The translations under genes were made by a program, and so were the position numbers. The notes beneath the pieces were generated by a model. The model had not been told where the DNA came from and did no database searches. It was given only the letters and a program-made list of their open reading frames with translations. A DNA stretch of 64,000 nucleotides. It comes from an uncultured Methanosarcinales archaeon (GTDB taxonomy: Archaea; Nanobdellota; Nanobdellia; Woesearchaeales; DSVV01). This document shows, piece by piece, positions 12,096 to 23,639 of this stretch (position 1 is its first letter; every line of letters starts with the position of its first letter). The stretch lies in assembly GCA_964593285.1 (NCBI GenBank), contig CAZQHZ010000005.1:1-64000 (forward strand), read 5' to 3'.

Positions 12096-12264
12096 AAAAA
12101 AAACAAATAAATAATCATTAATAAATTTTTTTAATTAAATTTTAAAAAAATAATTAATAAAGATGAAAATTTTATTATCAAGTGGTTATTAATTTTTAAT
12201 TTTTTAAAATTTTTTCCGTAAATTTTATATATTTTGTAAATTCTATATAACAAAAACATACAGG

Positions 12265-13056
12265 TTGATTTTTTTGAAAGATAAATATTTTTTTAATATG
12301 AAAGATTTTTTAAAATCTGTTAATTTAGTTAAATATAACATTAAAAAAAATATAGACAATTTTTCTTTTTTATCATCTAATAAGCTAATTTCCTTTTGTA
12401 CTAATTATCTAAATTTAATTGAGCAAGAAATAAATGAATGTATTGAAATTAAAACAATTGCAAAGCAATTAAATTTACAAGAGAATAATAAAAATTTTAT
12501 ATTATATGCAAACGATGATTTTTTTAAAGATTTTTATATCAAGGTAAAAGATAATCAACTAAATTACCTTAAAAAAAAAATTAAAAAAGAAAAACTTAAA
12601 TTAAATTTATTAAATAAAAAAAATATATACAATAATTCAAAATTAAAATCGAATATCAAAATAAAAAAAATAATATCAGAAAAAAATAATTCAATAGATG
12701 ATTTTGTTTTTGGAACTGGAACTTTTATTGTTGATATAAATTATAAAAGTTATTATTCTAAATCATTTAAAATTGATTTTAATTCAAAAAATAACAATTA
12801 TGAATTATTTTTTTTAAATGACATCAAATATAATGTAGAAAACAATAAAAAAAAAGAACTAACAAAATATTTAAATTCTATTTTTATTGATTATTCTAAT
12901 TTATATAAAAATTTTAAAAATAAAAAAAATTATGAAAAATTTAATACAAAAAAACAAATAATTAATAACACAGACACAATAGATATTTTATTTAATATAG
13001 CTGCACAAAAATATGTTAATTTATATGCAATATATTCAACAAAAAATGATTTATAA
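12265..13056 (+). CDS. Hypothetical protein
   Basis: 263-aa ORF, low complexity, no recognised motif; the start may be ATG 12298. Confidence 0.6.
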   Translation: MIFLKDKYFFNMKDFLKSVNLVKYNIKKNIDNFSFLSSNKLISFCTNYLNLIEQEINECIEIKTIAKQLNLQENNKNFILYANDDFFKDFYIKVKDNQLNYLKKKIKKEKLKLNLLNKKNIYNNSKLKSNIKIKKIISEKNNSIDDFVFGTGTFIVDINYKSYYSKSFKIDFNSKNNNYELFFLNDIKYNVENNKKKELTKYLNSIFIDYSNLYKNFKNKKNYEKFNTKKQIINNTDTIDILFNIAAQKYVNLYAIYSTKNDL

Positions 13057-15000
13057 AACATTAATTCCATGAAGGCATTTTTTTATAATAAACTTTGCAT
13101 GGCTAATTTTATCTTTTAAATCATAGTCATGTGTTGCTTTATTTATCTGTTCTAATTTATCTAATACTTGCATTAAAAGCCTAATTAAATCTCCCTCTTG
13201 AAGATTTGTATTTTCTAAAATTTCAGTAAAACTTAAACCATCAAATAATGGTTTTGAAATAGAAGTCATAAAAAGAATATTTTTTATCCATTTTCCTTTA
13301 AATAAAATTTTATTTTCATTAATTATTTTTTTTAACTCATTCATTTTTTGATCAGGATATTTTTTAATAAATTTAGTCTGCCTTTTATGTTCATATACAA
13401 TAGATAGCATAATTAAAATAATTGAATAAACATCTAATTTATCCTTTATATCTGTTGCAAATAATTCTGAGATATCTACTTCATTAGAATATATGTTTGA
13501 TGCAAAATGGCCTTTTTGTGTTGGTTTAAATTCTTTAACAAAACCATTCTTTTCAAGAAATTTTAAACTTTTTGTAAATTTAGATTTAATACTAATTAAA
13601 ACTTTTTTATCATCTGTTTTACCTTTAAGTTGCTGAAAAGTATAAAAATTCATTTTTAAAATTGTATTAATTTCATTTTGGCTGTGTCTAATTAACATAT
13701 TTAAAATAGTATTGTAAGATAATTTAAATTGAGATATAATTGGTAAAACATCATCTTGTGTAAAATGTGCTATTTTTTTAAAATCATCACTTCTTCTATT
13801 TAATACAGAAACACTCAAACCAAATTTATCAATACCACGCCTTCCTGCACGCCCTGATATTTGAAAAAATTCTTTTGAATTTAAATACCTAAATCCTTCA
13901 TTAGTATATTTTCTAAGTCCATCAAAACAGACAGTTTTTGCAGGCATATTAATTCCAACAGCAAAAGTTTCAGTTGCAAACAAAACCTTAATTAATCCTT
14001 TAGAAAATAAAATTTCAACAATATGTTTCATATCTGGAACCATTCCTGCATGATGAAATGCAATTCCTTTTGATAAACACTGTCTTAAAACAAATACAGA
14101 TTGCAGTGACTTAACTTGTTTTTTTAATTTATTAAATTCATTTGAAATAATTTTTGCAATATCTTTTTTTTCTAGTTCATTTAAAAAATTATTTTTTAGT
14201 GATAATTTATATGCATAATCAACTGTTTTTTGTCTTGAAAAAACAAAATAAATACATGGAAGTAATTTATTTGAAGAAATTTCTTTAACTAATTTTAAAT
14301 AATTTAAATCATTAATTGGTTGTTTAAATTTTTTCTTGCCTTTATAATAAAATTTATCAAAATACATCTTATTTTCTTTTTCATAATTTTTTATTTTTTC
14401 AAGTGTTGTAATTCCCGTTTCTGTTGTAAAAAATTTAATATCTAAAGGAACTGCCCTAATATGGTGACATATTATTTCAACTTCGTGTTTTTTTATATTT
14501 GAAACCCACATTGCAAATTCTTTTGCATTAGGAATTGTTGCTGATAAAAATAAAAATCGAATATTATTATTACTAAAAATAATTGATTCTTCCCATACAT
14601 AACCTCTCTCAGAATCTCCAATGTAGTGTATTTCATCCATTATACAATATGAAACATCATCTAAAATTGGATCATTTACAATAGCCATATTTCGATATAC
14701 TTCAGTAGTCATAATCAAAACTTTTGCAGCTGAATTTAAAACAATATCACCTGTAATTAAACCAATATTTTCTTCACCATAATCATTACAAAAATCTTTA
14801 TATTTTTGATTAGATAAAGCTTTTATTGGTGCTGTGTAAATTACTCGTTTATCTTTTTTAATTTCTCTATCTATAATGTAATCAGCAATTAAAGTTTTTC
14901 CAGAACCTGTTGGTGCTGAAACTATTACAGAATAATTTTTTTTTATAGCATTAACTGAATCTACTTGAAATTTATCTAAAGTAAAGTTTTTGAACATCAT
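13051..15000 (-). CDS. Ski2/HelY-like SF2 RNA helicase
   Basis: APTGSGKT, PIKALSNQK, DEIH, SAT and QISGRAGRRG motifs; C-terminal EGDLIR (DSHCT). Confidence 0.93.
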   Translation of the reverse strand: MMFKNFTLDKFQVDSVNAIKKNYSVIVSAPTGSGKTLIADYIIDREIKKDKRVIYTAPIKALSNQKYKDFCNDYGEENIGLITGDIVLNSAAKVLIMTTEVYRNMAIVNDPILDDVSYCIMDEIHYIGDSERGYVWEESIIFSNNNIRFLFLSATIPNAKEFAMWVSNIKKHEVEIICHHIRAVPLDIKFFTTETGITTLEKIKNYEKENKMYFDKFYYKGKKKFKQPINDLNYLKLVKEISSNKLLPCIYFVFSRQKTVDYAYKLSLKNNFLNELEKKDIAKIISNEFNKLKKQVKSLQSVFVLRQCLSKGIAFHHAGMVPDMKHIVEILFSKGLIKVLFATETFAVGINMPAKTVCFDGLRKYTNEGFRYLNSKEFFQISGRAGRRGIDKFGLSVSVLNRRSDDFKKIAHFTQDDVLPIISQFKLSYNTILNMLIRHSQNEINTILKMNFYTFQQLKGKTDDKKVLISIKSKFTKSLKFLEKNGFVKEFKPTQKGHFASNIYSNEVDISELFATDIKDKLDVYSIILIMLSIVYEHKRQTKFIKKYPDQKMNELKKIINENKILFKGKWIKNILFMTSISKPLFDGLSFTEILENTNLQEGDLIRLLMQVLDKLEQINKATHDYDLKDKISHAKFIIKKCLHGINVL

Positions 15001-15049
15001 TTTTATCTTAACAAAAAGAGAGATAATTTGTTTTTTTATAAATCTTTTT

Positions 15050-15236
15050 TATTTAACGGCTTTCTCTTAGTTAAATAGATTTATTAACTAAACTTTGGCT
15101 CAAAATTTGATTTGTGGATTAGTCAAAACTAATAATAACTATAAATCAAATAAATATTTTGTAAATCAAAATTAAATTAGCGTTTTTGTTAATAAAATAA
15201 ATAATTTCGGATAGAACATTATTTAACTAGTTAAAT
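15050..15236. other. Intergenic nested inverted-repeat element
   Basis: Stems 15068-77/15220-29, 15081-88/15188-95, 15105-17/15139-51 and 15118-23/15128-33; 16-bp palindrome at 15221-15236. Confidence 0.5.
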
Positions 15237-15276
15237 TATTTTATCATTTAAATACCTAAATATTAAAATTAATTTT

Positions 15277-16293
15277 TCATTTAATTTTTTTTAATGATTC
15301 ATAAATTTCATCCAATTTAAAAACAAATTCATCAATATTATTTTTTTCTATAATATAGTCATATTTTTGATTATTAATTGTATATTCATACAATGGATCG
15401 TAATATTTTGTCAATAAAATTTCTGCTGATTTTAAGTAATTGTTTTTTTCAATATTATTTAAAATTTCATCAATATTTTTTTTACCTAATTTTTGTTTTA
15501 ATAATAAAACTACTTTTTTTATTTCACTGATATATTCTTCTTTAAAATATTCTTCAACAGTTATTTTTTTTCTAAATCCTAAATTGGCTTTAATTAATAT
15601 ATTTATTCCACTTTTAATATGAGAATATAATTTTTCAGGAACAATAACATTTCCAATTTTACGGCTTTCACCTTCAATAAATATGTATGAATTATCATTT
15701 AATTTATTTAAATTATAAAACAATAGTGATTCAAACATTTTCTGCGAATTTGGTTTTAAACCAATACCACCAAATAATGAACTTCGATGATTTGCAACAT
15801 TTTCAATATCTATTGAATTTTTTAATAAATTTATAATTTTTGTTTTACCACAACCAGTCAACCCATAAAGTACAATGAAATTAAAATTAACATTGAAATT
15901 AGCAAAATAATCAATAATAAAATGCCTGTATGCTTTATATCCACCTTCTAATTGATAAACATTAAATCCTAAAAATTCAAATAAATGCGTTATAGTTTTT
16001 GACCTAGTGCCACCTCTAAAACAATACACAATAATATTTTTTTTCTTATCTATTTTTTTTATTTTTTGAGTTAAAAGGGGTAGTTTTTTTGAATAATAAT
16101 TAATCCCAAGAAAAAATGCTTTCTCTTTACATATTTTATATAATGTTCCAACTTCTTTTCTTTCATCTGTATTTAAAATTGGTAAGTTAATTGCACCAAT
16201 AATTTTATCTTCATTAAATTCTTTTTCGCATCGTACATCAACAAAAATTTTATTATCTAAATTTAATGCGTTTTTTATTGAAATTGCTTTCAT
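15277..16293 (-). CDS. selU: tRNA 2-selenouridine synthase
   Basis: Rhodanese motif YCFRGGTRS, P-loop GLTGCGKT, ANHRSSLFG, EGESRKIG and YYDPLY. Confidence 0.93.
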   Translation of the reverse strand: MKAISIKNALNLDNKIFVDVRCEKEFNEDKIIGAINLPILNTDERKEVGTLYKICKEKAFFLGINYYSKKLPLLTQKIKKIDKKKNIIVYCFRGGTRSKTITHLFEFLGFNVYQLEGGYKAYRHFIIDYFANFNVNFNFIVLYGLTGCGKTKIINLLKNSIDIENVANHRSSLFGGIGLKPNSQKMFESLLFYNLNKLNDNSYIFIEGESRKIGNVIVPEKLYSHIKSGINILIKANLGFRKKITVEEYFKEEYISEIKKVVLLLKQKLGKKNIDEILNNIEKNNYLKSAEILLTKYYDPLYEYTINNQKYDYIIEKNNIDEFVFKLDEIYESLKKIK

Positions 16294-16351
16294 ATCTTTT
16301 TAAAATTAGAAATTATATATAAAATACATTATTTTAGAAAATAAATAAAAA

Positions 16352-16837
16352 CTAATATAAATTTTTAGAAACACTGCTATTTATTTTTAAAATATTATTT
16401 TTAGCTTGAATTTGTTTAAATTCATCATCTAAAAAAATTCTAATACCATTTGATAAATATTTTTTTATTAATGGAATTCCTTTTGCAATTAAATTAGTCA
16501 CATAACAAATAACCACATTTTCATCTAATCCTGTTTTTTTTGATATATCATAATATGTACAGCCTTGATTATTTAAATAGATAATCATAAAAATTTCTTG
16601 TTCTTTTCGTGTTAAATCTTGAATATTATATTTTTCTTCTTTTAATTTATTTTTGTCTTCCATTACAATTAAATATAATTCTTCAAATTTTTCAGATAAT
16701 TTATCAATTTTAGATTCCATCCTACACATATATTCATAATTAGACTGTATTTCATTAGTATTTTGATTTATGCATTCACGATAATCGTTTAATTCATCTT
16801 TTATTCTTAAAAATGCGTCTTTTAGATTATTTTTCAT
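16352..16837 (-). CDS. Coiled-coil plus winged-HTH hypothetical protein
   Basis: N-terminal heptads, then LTRKEQEIF...YVTNLIAKGIP. The start is ATG 16837 or GTG 16891. Confidence 0.75.
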   Translation of the reverse strand: MKNNLKDAFLRIKDELNDYRECINQNTNEIQSNYEYMCRMESKIDKLSEKFEELYLIVMEDKNKLKEEKYNIQDLTRKEQEIFMIIYLNNQGCTYYDISKKTGLDENVVICYVTNLIAKGIPLIKKYLSNGIRIFLDDEFKQIQAKNNILKINSSVSKNLY

Positions 16838-16983
16838 AGAATTTAGGGGTTTACAATTATTATCTTTTTCACTACATCCCAAAATTACCACGCCCCAACA
16901 TTTTAATATTTGAAAATGTAAGTATTTAAAAAATTTATTATTTTTTTGTTTATATATTATAAGTTAAAATAGGACTTAGTATA

Positions 16984-17643
16984 CTAAAAACAAAACCAAT
17001 TGAATAAAGAACCATATTTTTTTTTCTTTGAAATTTTTGTTAATTTTTGTTCTATTTCTTTTTTATTTAAAAACTTATCTTCTTCTTTTTTAAATTCTTT
17101 TGTGTGATGAAAACTTCGGTTATTTTTTGTATTAAACTTAAATTTTTTATGAAGCATTTCATGATACATTACATAATCTAATACATCTTTATGGTTTTTT
17201 AATAAAGGATTTATAGAAATAGTATCTGTACCATAATCATAACTCCCAAACTGCCTAAAAGATTCTCTCCCAAAAATTAAATTTGGTTTTTCAAGAAAAT
17301 TATCAAAATAAATTTCATTTATTTTATTAAAAGAAAATTCTAAAATTGGATCACTTTTTGGATTTGTTGTTGATAAATGAACACTTTTTATAAAATTTTC
17401 ATATAAATTCATCTTTAGAGTAGTTTTTTTTATTTTAAAAATTTTACAAAGCAGTGTTTGAATTAAACCTAATTTTATGTCTTCATCAATTAATAACCAA
17501 TTTTTACTTAAATTAAAACTAATACTATTTTTGGTATATTTTGCATTTGCATTATAACCTTTAAATTTTCCAGAATATGAGATTTTAAAAGAAAAATCAT
17601 CCTTTAAATCAAGTTCAACAAATGCTTTTTTTAATATATCCAT
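16984..17643 (-). CDS. SprT/YgjP-like zinc metallopeptidase domain protein
   Basis: YVMYHEMLH and HTKEFK motifs. Confidence 0.8.
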   Translation of the reverse strand: MDILKKAFVELDLKDDFSFKISYSGKFKGYNANAKYTKNSISFNLSKNWLLIDEDIKLGLIQTLLCKIFKIKKTTLKMNLYENFIKSVHLSTTNPKSDPILEFSFNKINEIYFDNFLEKPNLIFGRESFRQFGSYDYGTDTISINPLLKNHKDVLDYVMYHEMLHKKFKFNTKNNRSFHHTKEFKKEEDKFLNKKEIEQKLTKISKKKKYGSLFNWFCF

Positions 17644-17687
17644 CTTATTAATAATAGTAATAATTATTATTATAATAATTATAATTA

Positions 17688-18785
17688 TTATCCAACATCA
17701 TATCGTAAAATTGCAGCAATTTTTCCAATATCACGAAGTTGTATACCCTCACGAGTTTCAGTACTTATAATTTTTATTGTAGCACCAGTTGTTGCTGCAA
17801 ATTCTTCAAATTCATCAATAACATCATCATCAACTGCTTCTGAAATTAAAACGATTTCAACTGCACCAAGTTCAATATATTTTTTTACATCATTAAAACC
17901 ATATGTAACTTCATTTGGTTTTTTTGCAAGTAACTCAAAAAATCTACCCATAATATTTTTCTCTTCAATAATACCTTCATTACTTAAAATATCATCAGAA
18001 TTTTCAACTAATTCTTGAACTCCAAATTCACCTGTATATGAAATATCTTTAATTCCAATAATTTTCTTTTTTAATTCATTTGTTATAAAATTTCCTTCTA
18101 CAAATTCATATTTAGTAGGTCCTGGTCCTCCAACAATTATTCCTTTTAAATTTTTATCATCCAAAAATTGTTCTTTTAATAGTCCTGCAACTAATCTATA
18201 AAAGTCTTTTGCAGCATCTTCTCTAAGCCTTCCATATCGTGCAGCAGACTGCCCTCCAGCCCTTGTTTTCCCTGGTACATTTGAACTTGCATTTGATAAA
18301 TATTTTATAGTTTTACCTTTAAGCAATGCAATATCAGCATCTCGTCTATCCATTACAACAAGACCATAAACTTCTTTATCATCAAGCATATCTTTTAGAA
18401 TATCTAACAAAAATTGTTTATCACACCTATAAATTCGAGTATTTAAAGGAAGAGGAGGTTCAATGCTCCATACTTTTACATCAGATTGTCCTTCTCTTTC
18501 TGAAACATTTCCAGAAAATGCAGCCAAACCATTTTTTGGAGTTTGTGGAAATAATTTTAAATGTTGAATCATTTTTTCTAACGCATCAGTTACATTTTTT
18601 CTAGTTGATGTGCTTTTAATATTAGTTGCAGTTCCTTGTTCTTGCGATAAATGTGTGTTAATTTTATTAATATCATAGCCTGCTGGAATGTAAACTGTTA
18701 CTAATTCAGTACTTCTTCCTTTATATTTTTCAAGTTCTTTTAATAATTTTTTCAATTCAAATCTATTTTTTGGATCAATTCCCAT
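17688..18785 (-). CDS. prf1: Peptide chain release factor aRF1
   Basis: TATNIKS, YRCDKQF, GGQS and AAILRY motifs. Confidence 0.97.
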   Translation of the reverse strand: MGIDPKNRFELKKLLKELEKYKGRSTELVTVYIPAGYDINKINTHLSQEQGTATNIKSTSTRKNVTDALEKMIQHLKLFPQTPKNGLAAFSGNVSEREGQSDVKVWSIEPPLPLNTRIYRCDKQFLLDILKDMLDDKEVYGLVVMDRRDADIALLKGKTIKYLSNASSNVPGKTRAGGQSAARYGRLREDAAKDFYRLVAGLLKEQFLDDKNLKGIIVGGPGPTKYEFVEGNFITNELKKKIIGIKDISYTGEFGVQELVENSDDILSNEGIIEEKNIMGRFFELLAKKPNEVTYGFNDVKKYIELGAVEIVLISEAVDDDVIDEFEEFAATTGATIKIISTETREGIQLRDIGKIAAILRYDVG

Positions 18786-19051
18786 TTTTATAATGAAATA
18801 ATGGTTTATTTATAAATATTACTTCTTATATTTTTATATTGTTTTTTTATTATTTGCTTTCATTTTTTGTTTTATTATTTTTAATTAAATTTTTTAATTT
18901 AAAAAATAATATAAAATTATAATAAATTAAAAAAATAAATTATAAAATTAAATTAAACTTACTATTTAATATAAAATTTAAATTTAATATAAAATTTAAA
19001 TATTTACACAAAATAATAAAATTTAATAATTCATAGCAATTCTTTTTATCT

Positions 19052-19951
<900 letters not shown>

Positions 19952-19952
19952 A

Positions 19953-20297
19953 TTATAAATCTTTTAATAAATCATCAATTGTAAATAAACCTTGATATTC
20001 TTGATAACTTTTATTTAAAGAATTTTTTAATTTTTTTTTATTTTCTGGTATTTTAAAAGTTGTTAAACTAGATTTACCATATAATTTTTCTGCTTCTTTA
20101 TTTATTTTACTAGGACCAATACCACATAAAATTCCTTTATGATAAACTGCAAATCCCTCATAATTATCAAATATACCATCTAGATAATCATTTTTAAACC
20201 AATAAAAATTATCTACTACATTTTTTCCTTTTTCTGGAATATTATCTAAAGAATAAATTGTTAATAAATTATTATAAATTAATTTTGATTTTTTCAT
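19953..20297 (-). CDS. Hypothetical protein
   Basis: 114-aa ORF with an upstream TATA-like box. Confidence 0.65.
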   Translation of the reverse strand: MKKSKLIYNNLLTIYSLDNIPEKGKNVVDNFYWFKNDYLDGIFDNYEGFAVYHKGILCGIGPSKINKEAEKLYGKSSLTTFKIPENKKKLKNSLNKSYQEYQGLFTIDDLLKDL

Positions 20298-20379
20298 TAT
20301 TACTATAATATAACAACAATATTATTTAAACATTTATATATTAAAAAACAACCATCAGAAAAATGTTACTTTTTTATTA

Positions 20380-21189
20380 TTAAGAAGTTATAAATTTATC
20401 AATAATTTTTGCAGCAGTAATTGAAGTAATGTCATTTAAATCTTTTGTTGGATCAACTTCAACAATATCTAACATTTTTAACTTTTTTAAAAATTTTAAT
20501 CTTTTAATAAAATAAAAAAATTCATTTATGTTAAGTCCACCAGGTTCCGGATAATTTGTTGCTGGACAAATACTTGGGTCTAGTGCATCAATATCTATTG
20601 AAATATATAAATTACTCCAGCATCTAGCTTTAGTCATAACTTCATCACAAATATTTTCAATACCTAAGTTAAAAATATTTTCATAGCTATAATATTTTAT
20701 TTTATTTTTAATTAAATATTCTTTTTCAATTGAATGAATATTTCGAATACCAATTAAAACAATATTTTCTTTTTTTAGATAATTATCTTCAATTAATTTT
20801 CGTAAATAATCTTCATGCGTATGAATTGTTGTGTAATTCATTAAATCAGGATGTGCATCAAAAATAATAATACCTGCATTTTCATAATTTTTAAAAAAAG
20901 ACTTAAAACAAGGATATGTAATCGAATGATCTCCACCTAAAACAATATTTAAATTATTACCACTATTTTTTATTAAATCGTTAACATTTAAAAAAATATT
21001 ATCATAACTAACAGAAACATTTGAATTATCAATTTTAACTTCAGTAATATTTAATGATTTTTTTTGATTTTCTTTTAAATATAAATTATTAAAAAAATTA
21101 ATTATTAAATCTGGTGCTTTATAAGTTCCTTCTGTTTTACCAAGCCCGCCTTTAGAAAATGGTACTTTTAAAATATTTATTTTATTCAT
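20380..21189 (-). CDS. Agmatinase/arginase family ureohydrolase
   Basis: GGDHS, DAHPD, SIDIDALDP, PEPGG and DIVEV motifs. Confidence 0.93.
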   Translation of the reverse strand: MNKINILKVPFSKGGLGKTEGTYKAPDLIINFFNNLYLKENQKKSLNITEVKIDNSNVSVSYDNIFLNVNDLIKNSGNNLNIVLGGDHSITYPCFKSFFKNYENAGIIIFDAHPDLMNYTTIHTHEDYLRKLIEDNYLKKENIVLIGIRNIHSIEKEYLIKNKIKYYSYENIFNLGIENICDEVMTKARCWSNLYISIDIDALDPSICPATNYPEPGGLNINEFFYFIKRLKFLKKLKMLDIVEVDPTKDLNDITSITAAKIIDKFITS

Positions 21190-21400
21190 TATTTTTTTAA
21201 AAAATATAATTTATAATAAATTTTTTGTTTTTTATAACTTATTTAATAATTGAAATAAAAATTAAACAAATAAATAATCTTAAAAAATATATTTAAATAC
21301 ATATTAAATTAAAATTTAAAAAGCTTTTTATATAAGTATAATTATTTATTTTTAAAATTCTTTTATTTATAATAAATAAAACAAAGGATGGGGTGTAAAA

Positions 21401-21955
21401 ATGGATTTATGGTTAATAATTTTGTTGGCTGTTGTTGGTTTTTTATTATTGTTTATTATACTGCTATACAATGGTTTAGTTAGATTAAAAAATCAAGTTA
21501 AAAATGCATGGGCTCAAATAGATGTTCAATTAAAGCGAAGAAATGATTTAATTCCAAATTTAGTTGAAACTGTTAAAGGCTACATGAAACATGAAAAAAC
21601 AACATTAGAAAATATTACAAAAGCTAGAAGTGCAATTCTTTCTGCAGAAACTGTTAAAGAAAAAGCGGAAGCATCAAACCAACTTTCACAAACATTAAAA
21701 TCTTTATTTGCGGTTTCAGAAAATTACCCTGATTTAAAAGCAAGTCAAAATTTTTTACAATTACAAGAAGAAATTACAGGAACTGAAAATAAAATTTCAT
21801 ATTCAAGACAACACTATAACGATATTGTAATGCTTTTTAATACTAAAATTGAAGTATTTCCAAACAATATTTTTGCAGGAATATTAAATTATAAGCAAGA
21901 AGAGATGTTTAAAGCAACAGAAGAAGAGAAAAAAAATGTTAATGTTTCATTTTAA
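21401..21955 (+). CDS. lemA: LemA family protein
   Basis: [19 protein letters not shown] and ENYPDLKA. Confidence 0.96.
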   Translation: MDLWLIILLAVVGFLLLFIILLYNGLVRLKNQVKNAWAQIDVQLKRRNDLIPNLVETVKGYMKHEKTTLENITKARSAILSAETVKEKAEASNQLSQTLKSLFAVSENYPDLKASQNFLQLQEEITGTENKISYSRQHYNDIVMLFNTKIEVFPNNIFAGILNYKQEEMFKATEEEKKNVNVSF

Positions 21956-22000
21956 TTTTTTATTTTATTTATAATTATTTAAAAAAGGTGAATTAAAAAA

Positions 22001-22897
22001 ATGAGAATTTCTTTTAATGAAGTATCAAAAAATAAAACAAGATCACTAATTTTAATTTCTTTTTTTATTGTGTTAATTGGAATAATTGGTGGATTAATTG
22101 GCTTTTTTTTAGATAATCTATATATTGGATTAATTCTTGCATTTATTTTTTCAATTATATATTCAATTATTGCATATTATCAAGGTGGAAATATGATTTT
22201 AAAATTAACAGGTGCAAAACCTGTAACAAAACAAGAATATCCTCATTTATACCATTCTATTGAAGCTATTGCAATTGCTGCTGGAATTAAAGCTCCAAAA
22301 GCTTATGTTATTGAAGATGATGCAATGAATGCTTTTGCGACTGGAAAAGACCCAAATAATGCAGCAATTACTGTAACTACAGGATTATTAAAAGTATTAA
22401 ATAGACAAGAATTAGAAGGAGTTATTGCTCATGAGATGGCACATATTAAAAATTATGATATAAGATTTATGATGCTAACTACAGTATTAATTGGAATTGT
22501 TGGTTTACTTAGTGGTTTTTTATTTAGAATAATAATATTTGGAGGCAATAACCGTTCTAAAGATGGTAAGTTATTTATAATTTTTTTAATTGTTGCAGTA
22601 TTATTAGCAATTTTAACACCAATATTTGCACAAATAATAAAACTTGCAATTAGTAGAAAACGAGAATATATGGCAGATGCATCCGCAGCTATTTTTACAA
22701 GATATCCACCAGGTCTTGCATCAGCCTTAAATAAAATATCTCAAAGTGATAAAAAATTAAAAGTTGCAAATAGTTCTACTGCTCATTTATTCATATCTAG
22801 CCCATATGGCAAAAAAAAGAAAAAAAGTTTTTTAAAAAAAATTTTTTCAACACACCCGCCAATTGAAGATAGAATAAAAAGACTTTCAGAAATGTAA
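22001..22897 (+). CDS. htpX: Zinc metalloprotease HtpX (M48)
   Basis: NAFATG, HEMAH, SRKREYMAD and STHPP motifs; follows lemA. Confidence 0.95.
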   Translation: MRISFNEVSKNKTRSLILISFFIVLIGIIGGLIGFFLDNLYIGLILAFIFSIIYSIIAYYQGGNMILKLTGAKPVTKQEYPHLYHSIEAIAIAAGIKAPKAYVIEDDAMNAFATGKDPNNAAITVTTGLLKVLNRQELEGVIAHEMAHIKNYDIRFMMLTTVLIGIVGLLSGFLFRIIIFGGNNRSKDGKLFIIFLIVAVLLAILTPIFAQIIKLAISRKREYMADASAAIFTRYPPGLASALNKISQSDKKLKVANSSTAHLFISSPYGKKKKKSFLKKIFSTHPPIEDRIKRLSEM

Positions 22898-22943
22898 ATT
22901 AAAAACATTTCTTTTTTAAATAATTTAAAATTTCTTTATTACT

Positions 22944-23639
22944 ATGATTTATATAATTTTAATTGAACCAGAAAATAATGGTAATGTTGGTGCTATTGCA
23001 AGAGTTATGAAAAACTTTAATTTTGAAAATTTAGTTTTAATTAATCCAAAAATTGATTTAAATTCAAATGAAATTAAATGTCGAGCAAAACATGCACAAG
23101 ATATTTTAAGCAATGTAATAGTAACAAACTTTAATTTTTTAGATAAATTAGATTTAATTATTGGTACAACTTCTAAATTAGGTTGTGAATACAATATTCC
23201 AAGAGTTTCATTAAATCCAGATTGTTTTGAAAATAAAATTAATTTTAATCAAAATATTGGAATTATTTTTGGAAGAGAAAGTATTGGATTAACTAATGAA
23301 GAAATTACTATTTGCGATATATTAGTAAATATTGAAACAAATCGGAATTATTCTGCACTAAATTTAAGTCATGCAGTTGCAATAATACTTTATACTATTA
23401 ATTCTTCACTAAATAAAGAAAAAAAATATAGCAACAATTTAGCAAATAAAAACTATAAAAATTATATATTTAAATTATTTTTAGAAATATTAAATAAATT
23501 AGATTTTAAATTTAAATCTAAAAAAATAACACAAATTAATGCATGGAAAAGAATCTTTGGAAAAAGCCAATTAACAAAAAGAGAAGCATTTATTGTTTTT
23601 GGATTATTTAAAAAAATAAATGAAAAATTAAAAAAATAA
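22944..23639 (+). CDS. TrmJ/SpoU family tRNA 2'-O-methyltransferase
   Basis: NVGAIARVMKNF, FGRESIGLTNEE and LNLSHAV motifs. Confidence 0.92.
   Translation: MIYIILIEPENNGNVGAIARVMKNFNFENLVLINPKIDLNSNEIKCRAKHAQDILSNVIVTNFNFLDKLDLIIGTTSKLGCEYNIPRVSLNPDCFENKINFNQNIGIIFGRESIGLTNEEITICDILVNIETNRNYSALNLSHAVAIILYTINSSLNKEKKYSNNLANKNYKNYIFKLFLEILNKLDFKFKSKKITQINAWKRIFGKSQLTKREAFIVFGLFKKINEKLKK

Noticed and set aside
11337..15000. YprB-like nuclease plus helicase as an MrfAB or defence pair
   Set aside because: The helicase is Ski2/HelY type without the DUF1998 Cys cluster, and an opposite-strand gene separates the two.
17688..18785. Stop-codon reassignment
   Set aside because: aRF1 retains NIKS, YxCxxxF and GGQ. 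Genes are full length under the standard code, and TAA, TAG and TGA all end genes.
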